Source: the human T2T-CHM13v2.0 reference genome, Homo sapiens. From it: a stretch of DNA of 64,000 nt. A model generated the notes under the pieces. The model was not told the DNA's origin, searched no databases, and saw only the letters and a list, made by a program, of their open reading frames with translations. Below are positions 45,689-59,314 of the stretch, in pieces (the stretch's first letter is position 1; every line of letters starts with the position of its first letter). The stretch lies in NCBI RefSeq assembly GCF_009914755.1, contig NC_060932.1; one strand, written 5' to 3'. Position numbers and translations under genes: made by a program.

Positions 45689-46170
45689 TGTAAGGCTTAA
45701 AACTTCATGTGTTGCCTTGACATATTTGAGCCTCACATGTTTCCAAAAGCCTACTGGTGAGTTAACCTGGTTCCATTGATATGCCTGCCACCCAGCTAGT
45801 TCTCTTATCAGCTGGACCAGCTACACTGCACCTAGTCCTCAACCTAGTGGGTTTTATTTCCCTAACAGCCTGTGAAATTATTCAAAGAATCCAATCACAT
45901 CCTCCCCTAGGAACCAGGGCACACCTCATCCTCCTATTACTGCAAAATATGCTTCCCAGTGCTTCTGCTGTGTCACTCTGCTCCCTAGTGCAACCCCAAT
46001 GTGGTCCTGCACGGCGTGCAGTGTCCTTCTCCCAGGCTGTGAGTATATGTGACTAATAAACTGCTGCTAATCTCATCTGTCCAGTGCTGAGTAGAGTGCG
46101 TTCACCATCTCATCCTGTTTCAGGTAGGGAATATCTCCCTTACCAGTGGGGCAAAGAGGAGGTGACCAGA
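45689..46170 (+). mobile_element. MER74-like (ERVL) solo LTR
   Basis: caggctgtgagtatatgtgactaataaactgctg..atctcatctgtccagtg. Confidence 0.7.
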
Positions 46171-46318
46171 AAAATCAAATAATAGAAATTAATAGGAAAA
46201 TCATTGTGTTTTGACCAAAGTCAGGCAGCTCTTCTGGAACACATCTATTTCATAAAGAAAGGGCAATCCACAATGCCCAATAAGATTAAAGTAGGTTCAA
46301 CAGAGTCTGCTAGCCACG

Positions 46319-47693
46319 TGCATTAGTCTGTTTTGTGTTGCTGCAACAGAGTACCGTAGACTGGGTAATTTTTTGTTTGTTTGTTTGTTTTTTTGAGACA
46401 GAGTCTTGCTCTGTCACCCAGGCTGGAGTGCAGTGGTGCAATCTTGGCTCACTGCAACCTCTGCCTCCGGGGTTGAAGTGATGCTCCTGCCTCAGCCTCT
46501 TGATTAGCTGGGACTACAGGCATGTGCCAACACACCTGGCTAATTTTTGTATTTTTAGTAGACATGGGGTTTCACCATGTTGGCCAGGCTGGTCTCAAAC
46601 TCCTGACCTCCAGTGATCCACCCATCTCAGCCTCCCAACATGCTGGGATTACAGGCATGAACCACCGCACCTGCCCGACTAGGTAATTTATAAAGGAAAG
46701 ACATTTACGTCTTATAGTTCTGGAGGCTGGGAAGTCCAAGGATGAGGGGCCTGCACCTGGTGAGGACCTTCTTGCTGTGTCATCCCATGACAGAAGAAGC
46801 AAGGGCAAGAGAGCATGCACATGAGAGAATCTGGAAGGTGGTCAAGCATCCTTTTTATCAGGAGCCCAGTTCTGCAATAGCTAACTCACGCCCATGATAA
46901 TGGCATTAATCCATTCATAAAGACACAGCCCCAATGACCTAATCATCTCTTAAAGGTCCCATCAATGGAACTCTGTTGCACTGTAGACTAAGTTTCTAAC
47001 ACATGAACTTTGGGGACATATTCAAACCACAGCATTCCACGCCTTCCCCCAAAAATTCATGTCCTCCTCACATGCAAAATATATTCATTCCATCCCAATA
47101 GTCCCAGAGTCTTAACTTGGTCCAGCACCAACTCAAAAGTCCAAAGTTCAGAGTCTCATCTACATCAGATATGAGTGAGACTCAAAATTACAATTCATAC
47201 TGAGGCAAATTCCCTCCAGCTGTGAGTCTGTGAAATCAAAACAAGTTATCTACTTCTGAAATACAATGATAGGACAGGCATAGGATAGACATTCCTGTTC
47301 CAAAAGGGAGAAATAGGCAAGAAGAAAGGGGTACCTGGTCCCAGTTAAGTCCAAAACACAAAAGGGAAAACAACATTAAGACTTAATGACGGAGAATGAT
47401 CTCCTTTGACTCCATGTCTCAAATCCTAGGCACAGTGGGACAGACATGGGGCCTCCAGTGCCTGAGGCAGCCCTGCTGTCTGCGTGTGAACTAACAGGAA
47501 GTGGGCTGAAGTCATCCTTTTTCTCAGGACCCCACTTCTGAAATAACTAATCCATTCCTGCGATAATGGCGTTAATCCATTCATGAAGGCAAAGCTCTCA
47601 AGACCTCATCACCTCTTAAAGGTCCCAACTCTGTTGCATTAAGGACTAAGTTTCCAACACATGAACACTGGGGGACACGTTCAAACCATAGCA
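46319..47693 (-). mobile_element. Internally deleted MST-type MaLR provirus: partial 5' LTR (47693-~47480), internal 3' end (~47470-47034), full 3' LTR (47033-46319)
   Basis: Two LTR starts (tgctatggtttgaa / tgctgtggtttgaa on minus); MST-int motifs; TSD ccacg/ccatg. Confidence 0.83.
46368..46677 (-). mobile_element. AluS nested in the MST LTR
   Basis: TSD gact(g/a)ggtaattt. Confidence 0.9.
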
Positions 47694-48761
47694 CCATGTG
47701 GCCAGGCACAGGGGGCTTTCTATCTCAAGTTCTATGGTTCTCTCCAAAGAGATTGAAGCAGGCCCATATGAAGTTGTATGAATCAGCCTACAAGAAATAA
47801 AATGTACACACCCCCCTGTCTTACATGGGCAGCTCTGATGTTTCCACTTTGGTGAGAACAATTCACTTTACTAAATTCAATTTACTAAATTCAGATGACT
47901 GTGAAGGCATGCAGAAAAGTGGGCATATTTCATACTGCCTCTGCCACCCACCTACTCACTCATCCCAATTTAAAATCTCTGATGTTTCATTTGAGAGAAT
48001 AGATGATGGAGGCAATCTGAATGAAATTCATACTGGCACATTTAGTTTAAACACTTGTAGCAAAAGACTAATGGGAAGATTCCCAAGCTGCTGCCAGATT
48101 TTTTTCTTAGTCTTGCTCCATCTCAGAGGTGATTCACTCAGGAACTTGATGACTCTCTTTTAAAGCAACACAATAGGACTATTAGCACTTAATTGCATTA
48201 ACAGCCTGTGTTTTCTACCATAACCAATAGTCTTGATTTAGGGATGATGCAAGCCAGGGTAGCTTGGACAGTAGTTCTATTTCTATCTCTTATCAGATGG
48301 GAGTTCCCTCAGGTCAGAGACTATTTTCTCCCTGGAAGAAGCAGTGAGAAATTCTGACTTAGGTAATTTTTTTAAGGCAGATGGTGGGGCTGATATATTT
48401 AGAGGCTCCAAAAATATCATTCTGTTAATTACACTGTCAAGATCTTGATTATAGCAGCCTGTTTTACTAGGGCCAGGGCTATTTTACATTCACACTGAGA
48501 TTCTTCTAATGTAGGTGGGCAATGTAGCTAGAGAATGAAATCACTTGGTTGGTTCTAGTTACCTAGAATTGGGGGGGATGAGTAAATTGCTATTGTTGGA
48601 ACTGAAAATTAATGGTGATCTAACAAATTATGTAAGAATATAGACTATAGTATGTATATATATATAGAGAGAGAGAGATCAATATAGTCACATAGATAAA
48701 TAGGTAATTAGATAGGGATGAATAGATAGATACAGGGAGGTAGACAGATTGAGAAATCTCT

Positions 48762-49725
48762 CAGTTCTGCCTTTGCACAGTAGTGCTGGGTAATAAAAAT
48801 GACTGTGAAAGCTGAAACCACACTAAGCAATCTTAATCAGTTGGAAAAATTAGGATCATTACATGACCTTTAAAATTTTTTATCAAAATGTTAAAAACTG
48901 CCTTACTGTCAATTATATATGCATAGGGAGATGAAAAATAGAGTAAATGTTTATTTAGTAATCTCTAATTTAAAACATTAGAAGAATTGAGGATTAAAGT
49001 GAAGAGTAGTTTGAATAGACCTTTTTGTCTTCTCCTCATCTAACTTATAATATAGAACAAGCTTTTTTTTTTAATGCTTTGACAAATTGTCATCATCCTT
49101 TCTAAGTTTGGATCAGCTAGCAACATTTTATCCTTTGCACTTTCAATGATGTGAGCTATCTTTGAGAGTTTCTTTAATGTGAAGTTTTCACAAGTGTCAC
49201 CTCCTCTGGGGCATCTTCATCCTTCATCACAGCTACAGTCTTCACTTACAGGTTATAAGTTTACCTTCCCTAAGTTCTTCTGGTTGCTATCTTGAACAGT
49301 ATCAGTGTGAACATTTCTAAGGGCAGCTATTTCTGCTATCATTCCATTTATGTTTGATGCAAATTTCATTTCCAGCATTACCACTTTTTGTACCTTTGCT
49401 GCACTGTCATCTTTGTGGGACAACTGCCTCTTTCTAGGATCCATTCTTGTGAAGTGTCATATGGATTTGTCACTGGGAGACAGGGAGGAAAGGGAGTTAT
49501 CTCCTTTGCTGTCTGTGTGTGAACTGATTAACAGAGGTGCCATGGCCAATCACCCATAGATTTTGAAAGAAGCGATGTGATTGGTCACCAGTCAGGATGT
49601 ACATCTGCTAATTACATGGTGGGATTTGTGAACTGAAGACTTAGCAATGAGGTCTGTACTTATGAAATTACTCACAGTTACTATGCCTTGGTAGCAGAAA
49701 TTTGAACCGTTTTGTTGAGAGACTG
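48762..49725 (-). mobile_element. Tigger13a-like internally deleted TcMar-Tigger transposon
   Basis: cagt..actg termini; remnant ORF 49253..49444 MDPRKRQLSHKDDSAAK..VVMLEMKF resembles a Tigger transposase N-terminus. Confidence 0.75.
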
Positions 49726-50917
49726 GCGTATCTAATTAAATAATGATAACTGAAATTCATGGATATGTGTGTGTGTGTATGGGTATATACAAATTGCCTT
49801 CCCCTAATCTGCCCTATGAAATATGATTGCAGTCTCTGTAGGACCTGTTCTTTGAAATTTTATAGTACAAAATTAGGAAGGAAGAGAAGGGAGGAGGATT
49901 ACTCTGTGGAAGATAAAAGAAGGAACCTAACCAGAGAGGTTCAGCTGATTGACATAGTCAAGAATGGAAGAGAAGGACAGAAAGGAGAGAATGTCTTCTT
50001 GTTTTTCTTCTTTTAGAGTCATGAGAAGAATGGAAGCAGTTGAAGATATAGGATGGATATGGATAGGAGAGATGAGAAGATCTTGGTAAGTGTTGCCCGG
50101 CCTAGGTATACAAATTTCCCTTATTTTCATAATTTTAAAGGATTTGAATTACCTTGGTATGTCTCTTAGCTCTGAAGCTGTGCTTTTGGTCTGCGATACT
50201 GCTCTAGATGGGATTGTTGGAGGCATTACTCATAAGGACAGATGTTTCCTGGGCCCGTTTATTATCTCAGCTTAGTGGAAAGTGCTGGACTTTGGAGTTA
50301 GAAAGAGAAGCTCAAATTCTAAATCTACCACATACTAGAGGAGAGATCTTAGAAAAGTGACTCAAATACTACAAGTTTACCTCATTGGATTTGGATTATT
50401 TGAAGCATATTGCTCACAATAAGTATGAATTACCAACTTCCTTTTCTCCAGTAACACCATGGGGAGGCACAACTACATAAACGTTCCCATTTGAAAGAAT
50501 ACGAAATGGAAATGAATAAAGCTGATACCTGAACTTGCATCTCAGAGCTCCCAACTGGGCTTTTGTTTTGCTGTGTTGTGTTTTTGTGTATTTAATCTAC
50601 AAGAAATAGTTTGCAAACCGAGATAACAAGGGAAAGCAAAGGGAATGCCTGATGAACTGAGCACAAAATATAACTCAACAATTCTGCTGTGTCCCTGTTT
50701 ATTACTGTTTTTCTAAGTAGCAAGAGAGCTAGAACTTAGCTTGTTTTTCTCTTATCTGAAACGTAATGATAACTGTAAAAGGATTAGATGAACTAAGAAA
50801 TAAAGATTGGGAAAAATGTGTTTGGGGCATGACACATTTTACAATTCACAGGAGTTAGTATTTATGGGTCATCTTGGGCCAGATGGGGGCTTGCAAGGAG
50901 TTAAAAGATGTGAGGCT

Positions 50918-51216
50918 GGCTGGGCATGGTGGCTCACGCCTGTAATCCCAGGACTTTGGGAGGCCGACGTGGCCAGATCACCTGAGGTCAGGAGTTCGAG
51001 ACCATCCTGGCCAACAGAGCAAAACCCCATCTCTTCTAAAACTACAAAAATTAGCTGGGTGTGGTGGCATGCGCCTGTAATTTCAGCTACTTGGGAGGCT
51101 GAGGTAGGAGAATTGCTTGAATCCGGAGGCAGAGGTTGCAGTGAGCCAACATCACACCACTGCACTCCAGCCTGGGAGACAGAGCGAGACTCCATCTCAA
51201 AGAAAAAAAAAAGAAA
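50918..51216 (+). mobile_element. AluS
   Basis: Full dimer; TSD aaaga..tgaggct. Confidence 0.9.
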
Positions 51217-51319
51217 GAGTTGAGGCTAATATGGTCATGGGAAAGGCTTTACATTGATGTGCATGACCCATCTACAGGTGACAGTGCTCACAGAGGAAAG
51301 CAGATTGTCCATAATTGAT

Positions 51320-51441
51320 AGCCAGGTGCAGTGGCACACACTTGTAGTCCCAGTTACTTGGGAGGCTGAGGCAGGAGGATTGCTTGAGTCCAGGAGTTCC
51401 AGCCTGGGCAACATAGTGAGACCCTGTCTATTAAAAAAATA
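51320..51441 (+). mobile_element. FLAM monomer
   Basis: Single monomer ending catagtgagaccctgtct plus A tail. Confidence 0.8.
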
Positions 51442-52542
51442 ATCTTCCACAATCAAGTTCTAGTCGAGGTGTCAGGTCCGCTTGTCACTTTTCTCCAGGA
51501 TGAACTCTCGCTTCACTTTAGATCAGTCTCTGGTCTTCCCCTGACTCCCCCAACAAGCTGTACTGACACAGGCCTTCCTTCTTTCTCCTCTCTTGGAGTG
51601 CAGGGAAATTTCTCCAGTCACTCAAATCCCTGTCATTTCTCAGAAGCCATTCTTCAAGTCTCCTGACTATCTCATGAAGAAAAATAATGTTAATATTAAA
51701 CTTTCCTCCTGTGTAGTGTTGAGGAGGTTTTAGGATTTGCACTAAATGGAATTTTAAAAAGGAAGTTGTTGTTTCATATTGTTTGAGTTCATATAAATGC
51801 CGCTTTTAAAAATTTGAAATTAAATTAAATATAATCTGTACAACCTTGTCACAGAGTGACTGTGACAAATTTACAAAATCAAAATATAACAATATAGGAA
51901 AAGACAAAGAACATCAATTTAAGATCAATTACAGCTAGATATATACAGGGTCACATTTTATGTCTTTACAAATACCAAGCAAATTCATGATATTTGTGAT
52001 ACTATAAGAAAGGCATCGTATTAAGGATTTGCCATTCATTATAACATTTTGCTAAAAACCATTCATATATCTGCACACCAGGATTCAGTATTAAATATTT
52101 ATTCAAAAAAATCTAGTTTGGATTTGTTCCCTTAAACTTGATCTATGGTAATCTTCTGAGAAGTGTGAAAATGAAGGCAATAAAAGACATTCTTGCTTCT
52201 CATAATTATCCATGATCATTATTGCTCTTACAGATTCTCTGCATAATACCCTTAAGGAGACCTCTGGAACGATGATCTGAAATTACACCATAAGAACAAT
52301 CATATGCTAAAAACAGGAAGAGCTTTATATGCACATTTATTGCTGTTCCATGAGAATGTCTAATAATATGTCTGCTAATAATTTGGGATAAGCAAAAGGC
52401 ATGAGACAAATTATAGGTGAGAAAGAGTAACTTTTGGAAGATTTTTTAATTTCATGAATAGTGGTAATGATTTTAAACATAGCTTGTGATTGAAGAGATG
52501 AGAGAAAAGTACCTTCAAGAATTAAGACCATCAACTTGGTAG

Positions 52543-53010
52543 ATGCAGGGTTGCATGTGTTGGCCAGCCTCCCTTTGCCCCTTCAGATCCAGTCTCTACC
52601 TTTCCCATCCTTCTCTGTACCCTGGAAGACTCACTTTAAGAGTGCATCCGTGGGGCTTCTTACCTCTGGCTTCCAGCCAGCTTCAGCCCGTGGAAGACAC
52701 TAGCAGGGGGTCAGTGGGCAGGGGTTGGCAGGGGCTGCATTTCTCTTCCAAAGACCACAGCTGGTAGTGGGTGGCACTTTTCTACAGCTACAAGCCTCCC
52801 TAGTCTCAGGTAACTGCTGCTTCTCCTTGCCCTTTCTGGTCAAGGGATGGTAGTGGCTTCTTACTACTGTTGGCCCTGGAGTTCTTCTCTATCTCTTATT
52901 GGTTTCCCAAACCTTGGCTATACCTTATAAATTATTCCTGCATTAAATCCTTTCCAATGATCCCTTTCGACCTTCCCATCCATCTCCTGCCAGGATCCTG
53001 AAATATGTGC
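52543..53010 (+). mobile_element. LTR33-like (ERVL) LTR
   Basis: cagatcca...cctctggcttcc...gggatggtagtggcttc...cattaaa...tcctgccaggatcctga. Confidence 0.68.
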
Positions 53011-53089
53011 TATACCTCCAAGTCCACTCAGAAACTTAACCAAGTGAGAGCATTTTTCATCCCAATCAGCTCCTTCTCTTCTACAGTAA

Positions 53090-53566
53090 ATGTTTGCTTT
53101 TGCTTCCCTGGTATCCATTCATTCTTTTTCTTGCACAGCACCTGATTTTTTCCATTAGAGAACCACCCCTCCTCATCTTCACTGCAAATGACTTAGGTGA
53201 GGCTGATTTCAGCACTAAGACTGAACGGATTATCCAAGTTAACCCAATTAGACTTATAATCTCAGGACTTGCATTGAAACAATTGGGGCAAAGAGGCCTT
53301 TCTTCACTGAGACAACCAGGAGCAAAGAAAACATAAGCCTGGAACCCTCAGGCCAACTAGAGAGGAAGCCTGGTAATAAACTAATGAAAGGACAGGGAAA
53401 GAAAGAGATGGAGACTTAGACCTAATACATTATTTAAGTCCCTGGATCCCACCATGCCTGAAGCTTATCTTTGGACATTGCAGTTATCAGAACCCGGGCA
53501 TGCTCATTTTGCTCAAGCTAAATTGAGTTGAGTTTTCTGCCACTTGTAATTGAAAGATCCTTGAGT
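53090..53566 (+). mobile_element. Old MLT1 (J/K/L-like) LTR
   Basis: ccctggatcc..ccatgcctgaagc...gagttttctgccacttgtaattgaaag. Confidence 0.65.
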
Positions 53567-54886
53567 ATCAGGCCTTTTCCTAATAAAAACACATGCATTT
53601 GGAGAGAGTAGAAAGTGGGGAGTGATAGAGACGTGACTTTCAAAATTATATCAGCCATCCAGATTTATGCTCTTGTTTTCTTCAGGAACCCTAACACATA
53701 AACTCATGAGGGCTACGGGTGGTTTGTGTTTATTATGAATTTGGATGCTCCTACCACCAGCATTGTCCCTTTCGTTCTTTGAAATCTTTGAGAGATAGGA
53801 CAATACCAAGCCCAACAACCCATTTGGTGTTAAATTTTTAGGCTAAGACCCGCGCATGATCTGCTGCAAACAAAGAACAATGGTGGAAAACCTGAGTATT
53901 ATTTCGGGTGCCATTTGACTGGGCCTTCTCAGATGACAGGGTTCTTTGGCAGGAAAGGTGTTATTGTGACGTTCCCTATTCCCATTTACTGCCTATTAGA
54001 AAGTGAGTCACTGGGAGGTCAGATTATTCCCAAAGTCCAGTGTTCCTGAGCACTCCAGGTCAACTTCAAGGGACAGCAATCATGTGTAAGGACAATGGCA
54101 AAGGCTCGATCCTTTGAAATAGAGAGAAAGAGTAACTCCCAAGAGATGGCCACAGAGTGAGTTTTACTATCTTTAACATATCACATACCTTGGGAAAAAA
54201 AAATCAGGGACTGTGTTAATATGACCCAAAGTCTTTTCCACAGCAGCTGTCCTCTCTGAGACAGAGGCTAAGTCTTTATTATCTTTTCACTCCCTTCCCC
54301 ACTCCTGCCTAGCACTGTGCCTCACAAAAGTAGGTGCTCTTTAATGATGACATTAAAGAGTGGCTGGCTTAAGAGCATAAATAAAATATAAGGTAACATA
54401 AGAAAAGAGCCAGCATATAGTAATTGCTCAAGTAATTCTTGCTGTTATTTGTAAATGTATAATTGAATCATCTCAATTCAAACAAACAGGCTCATCAAAA
54501 CCCACACAAACCCTTTTTAAGCAATAATTTTGACTTCCTTGCCTCCCAAAGCAAGAGCTCTGTTCTGAGTTTGAGTTATTTTCCCTTCCCTTCATACATA
54601 GATGTTAAAATAGGATCAAACTATTCCTCGACTCACTCATTCATCCATCCAACAACCTGGACCCCGTGCAATTTGCCACATGTTTGACTAAGTGCAGGTA
54701 ATCAAAGTTGATTAAGACAAAACCCATGTATAATGTAAAGGCCTGTAGCCTGCTGGAGAGGAATGAGAAATCCACACAGACTGTGAATGAGAGAATCAGC
54801 CTATGGGATGAGATAGTTTTAGTGGTTATGAGCGCTGGGGGAATCTCGGGGAGGACGACTATTACAGAGGAAGGTATTTTCCTTAC

Positions 54887-55094
54887 CTTTTCTGCAAGCC
54901 AGCCAAGATGCCTAATCTCTCGGCTCCCAGCAATGCCTGTTTTCCCCAGCTGCTCTCTGACCTCAGCAATCACTCGGGTCAGCAGGTCATTAACGTTGGA
55001 ATGGATGGCACTGAACCATGCCTGGGCCGTGGCTGAGTCCTTGCTCCTTAGGATCACCGTGTGCTTAGCATCTGGAGAGTGGATTTCAAGCTGC
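54887..55094 (-). CDS. SNTB1: Internal coding exon of beta-1 syntrophin (probably exon 3; end of split PH1 and start of PH2)
   Basis: Minus strand reads ctctag|G CAG CTT GAA ATC CAC...GCA GAA AAG|gtaagg. 208 nt, ends in phase 0. Translates (R)QLEIHSPDAKHTVILRSKDSATAQAWFSAIHSNVNDLLTRVIAEVREQLGKTGIAGSREIRHLGWLAEK, recognised as SNTB1. Confidence 0.97.
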
Positions 55095-55515
55095 CTAGAG
55101 GAGCACAGAGAGAAGGGTTAGAAAGTTTCCTGGCAGGTCCTGCTTCGTCAAGATCTGGGTCACAAAGGTGAATTAATTCTTTACTCCTTCTTTTAGACTT
55201 TGTCAGTTTCTAACGGGATGCCTTAACAGTCCCGCCATCCATTCGTTCACTCATTAATTCATCCACGCATATTTACTGGGTTCCCAAGTACTGGTCTACA
55301 TATTGGGAACACAGCTGTGCAACCACCAAATCACCTAAATTAAGGTTATCTGATTTTCTTGTTACTCAGCTGATTTGCTGATTAGTAGTATCATATGGAG
55401 ACTTCCAAACTGTGAGCTGATACTAATTTGCTTTACTTCTTAATTCACAGAGGATTTTAATAATATACTCACACATCCTTGCTGCTGCTGGCAGGAAACA
55501 GATTGAAATATATCT

Positions 55516-55594
55516 AGCCACATGCTTAATCCTGCTGCTCAGTGTTAATCAATTAAGCCACATGCTTAATCCTGCTGCTCAGTGTTAATCAATT
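55516..55594. repeat. Perfect tandem duplication (39-bp unit, period 40)
   Basis: agccacatgcttaatcctgctgctcagtgttaatcaatt at 55516-55554 and 55556-55594. Confidence 0.95.
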
Positions 55595-55766
55595 GAGAAT
55601 ATTTTAGAATCGAAGATGACCAAACTTTGCATCTTTTAGGAATTTTATCTGTAGCACATTTAGCTTCCACTTAATCCTCAAACCTGTGGTGTAAAGGCAT
55701 GAATTGGCCTAGGAAGGGGTAACAATGGGGAGAGAGATGCACTAAATGTATTCTATTTAAAGTCCA

Positions 55767-56566
<800 letters not shown>

Positions 56567-56739
56567 GACAGATACTTTTTAATTGCATAAAGAAAAAAAA
56601 CCCAATATTCATTCACGTATATATGCAATAAATATCATTTATTCATTCATGTTTACATTAGAAAGATACAGGGATTCGGAAATTCAAAGCTCAATAGAAT
56701 TATCCATTTATTAACTTCCTTTCATCTCTTAATAATCAT

Positions 56740-56985
56740 GATATTATTCACTGAGAATCTACTATGTGCCAGGCAAACTTTTAAATCATTTTATAGTATT
56801 ACATATAATGCTTCTAATAGCCCTATGACTGATATTATTAACCCCCCTTAACAGAGGAAAAAATGGAACTTTGGAGAGAGAGAGAGGAAGAAGTAATTTA
56901 CCCAAGGCCACACCGTTGGTGATGCTGGGATTCAAACCCATGTTAAATTGGCTCAAAAGCCTGTGAATTTAAATACTATACCACG
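56740..56985 (-). mobile_element. MIR
   Basis: ctactatgtgccaggc...aagtaatttacccaaggccacac...gggattcaaaccca. Confidence 0.75.
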
Positions 56986-57285
56986 ATGCCTCTCCTTGAG
57001 ATTGGACAATGTCTTATGGGGGGCACTCACTGTCTCCTGCAGTGATGTGAAGTGTAGTACTACTCATCATCAACAACTATGCCCAGTAATGTCCCACCTA
57101 GATCCTGAGTTTCAAAATAACAATTTTGCAGATGGCCTGAGAGTTAGAAGACCCAATGCAACTTGGCCTTGTTAACATTTGAAACCAAACTTTTACAGTG
57201 ACTAAACCGTCTTACCACAAGCATTAAGTTGTAGAAGAGAGATGATTTGGAAAGTGAGATGTCACTAGGGGAACTTTAGCCATAA

Positions 57286-57550
<265 letters not shown>

Positions 57551-57617
57551 TAAGATACAAAAATTTTATGTGATGGAACAGGGAATTCTTTAGGTGACAA
57601 CTGTCCTCGCGCAGAAG

Positions 57618-57916
57618 AAAAAAATCTCATGCCTCTTAGGCACTTTTCAAAAAAATGGGTAATAAATCTAAGGTGAGAGTTTCCATTCTCTCCCTAAGTT
57701 CTCACTCTTCAGTAAAGCTGCAGAGCAGAATACAAACTAGCATTCTCAAGAGCATTAATGAGAGCTCAACGTGTTTTTCTTCTATTTCTTGAAAACTTTA
57801 TTTTTAATTGACAATGATGGTTATTAACTGGCTTTTCAAGTTATTCTGCCAATATTCATTATTCTAGGAATTTAAAACATACAAATACTTCATTTACAAT
57901 ATTTTCTTTTGAAGGC
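57618..57916. repeat. ~300-bp direct repeat, copy A (3' flank of NCAPG retrocopy)
   Basis: aaaaaaatctcatg...ttttcttttgaaggc; aligns end to end with 63551-63845 (about 35 mismatches and one 4-nt gap by hand). Confidence 0.93.
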
Positions 57917-58504
57917 CTTTTTAAAAATTTTGACAAAGGTAACTTTATTAAAGCAAAGAACTGAAGATAATTTTAAAGAACTCTACCTCCACCATCTTTC
58001 CTAACTTCTATATTCATTGAGAAATTGTGCAAGATTAAGTTTACTTTTTTCCAGCACTGCTGTTTTGGCTTGTCTTGCTAGTTTCATCTTCATTTCTGAT
58101 TCTGGTTCTAGAACTTCATGGTCACTTTCAGAGTCAGCCTCAGCAATGTGATGTCTCCTCTTCATCATAGTTGAAGCTATCACTTTTCTCTGTCCCCTGT
58201 TAGTCTTTTGTTGAGTAGATTTTGATGCCAGGGTTGCTTTTACATCCCTAAGAAGAGTCATATGTACTTCCTTATTCTTTTCATCTTCATTTTGAAAAAT
58301 AGTTGTAGTCAAGCTGGCATCCTTTGCTGCTTCAGGCTGGTCACCAAATTCTTTATTTCCTTTTTGCTAACCGAATCTTGATTTTCTCCAAAGCTTTCAG
58401 ATATGCCCTCTCCTTTACTTGCTCCAGAATCCCATTCAATAGAACCAGAAGATCTTTTGCAAGATGGCTACTGAGTTCTAAAGAACTCAAGGCTTTTTTT
58501 TTTA

Positions 58505-58668
58505 TTATTTTAAAAAGGAATTTATTTCTTATAGTTATGAAGGCTGAGAAGTCCAGTGTTGAGGGGCTGAGTCTGGTGGGGTCCTTCTTGCTGATGCAGA
58601 CTCTCTGCAGAGTTTCCAGGCAGCACAGGGCATCACATGGTGAGGGTGCTGGCTCAGCTTCCTCTTTC
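58505..58668 (-). mobile_element. MaLR (MSTC-like) LTR fragment carried as a 3' transduction inside the L1PA2 TSD
   Basis: aaaaggaatttatttcttatagttatgaaggctgagaagtcc...gggcatcacatgg is MST-type LTR sequence. It lies between the L1 tail and a second poly(A); AATAAA at 58526-58521. Confidence 0.8.
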
Positions 58669-58669
58669 T

Positions 58670-59314
58670 TCTTCTTCTTTTTTTTTATTTTTTTATTATT
58701 ATACTTTAAGTTTTAGGGTACATGTACACATTGTGCAGGTTAGTTACATATGTATACATGTGCCATGCTGGTGCGCTGCACCCACTAACTCGTCATCTAG
58801 CATTAGGTATATCTCCCGATGCTATCCCTCCCCCCTCCCCCCACCCCACAACAGTCCCCAGAGTGTGATGTTCCCCTTCCTGTGTCCATGTGATCTCATT
58901 GTTCAATTCCCACCTATGAGTGAGAATATGCGGTGTTTGGTTTTTTGTTCTTGCGATAGTTTACTGAGAATGATGATTTCCAATTTCATCCATGTCCCTA
59001 CAAAGGACATGAACTCATCATTTTTTATGGCTGCATAGTATTCCATGGTGTATATGTGCCACATTTTCTTAATCCAGTCCATCATTGTTGGACATTTGGG
59101 TTGGTTCCAAGTCTTTGCTATTGTGAATAATGCCACAATAAACATACGTGTGCATGTGTCTTTATAGCAGCATGATTTATAATCCTTTGGGTATATACCC
59201 AGTAATGGGATGGCTGGGTCAAATGGTATTTCTAGTTCTAGATCCCTGAGGAATCGCCACACTGACTTCCACAATGGTTGAACTAGTTTACAGTCCCACC
59301 AACAGTGTAAAAGT
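58670..59314 (-). mobile_element. 5'-truncated L1PA2-like LINE-1 (ORF2 C-terminus + 3'UTR)
   Basis: ORF 58903..59274 is the ORF2 C-terminus (WRFLRDLELEIPFDPAIPLLGIYP). 3'UTR has ctagatgacGAGttagtgggtgcagcgcacc (not the Ta ACA). TSD agaactcaaggctttt at 58482-58497 and 59315-59330. Confidence 0.9.

Noticed and set aside
49253-49444. Transposase-like ORF as a domesticated TIGD gene
   Set aside because: Short remnant within an internally deleted Tigger element; no DDE domain.
54641-55057. 138-aa ORF as a standalone gene
   Set aside because: Only 54887-55057 is syntrophin; the rest is read-through past the GT donor, and the start is an internal GTG.
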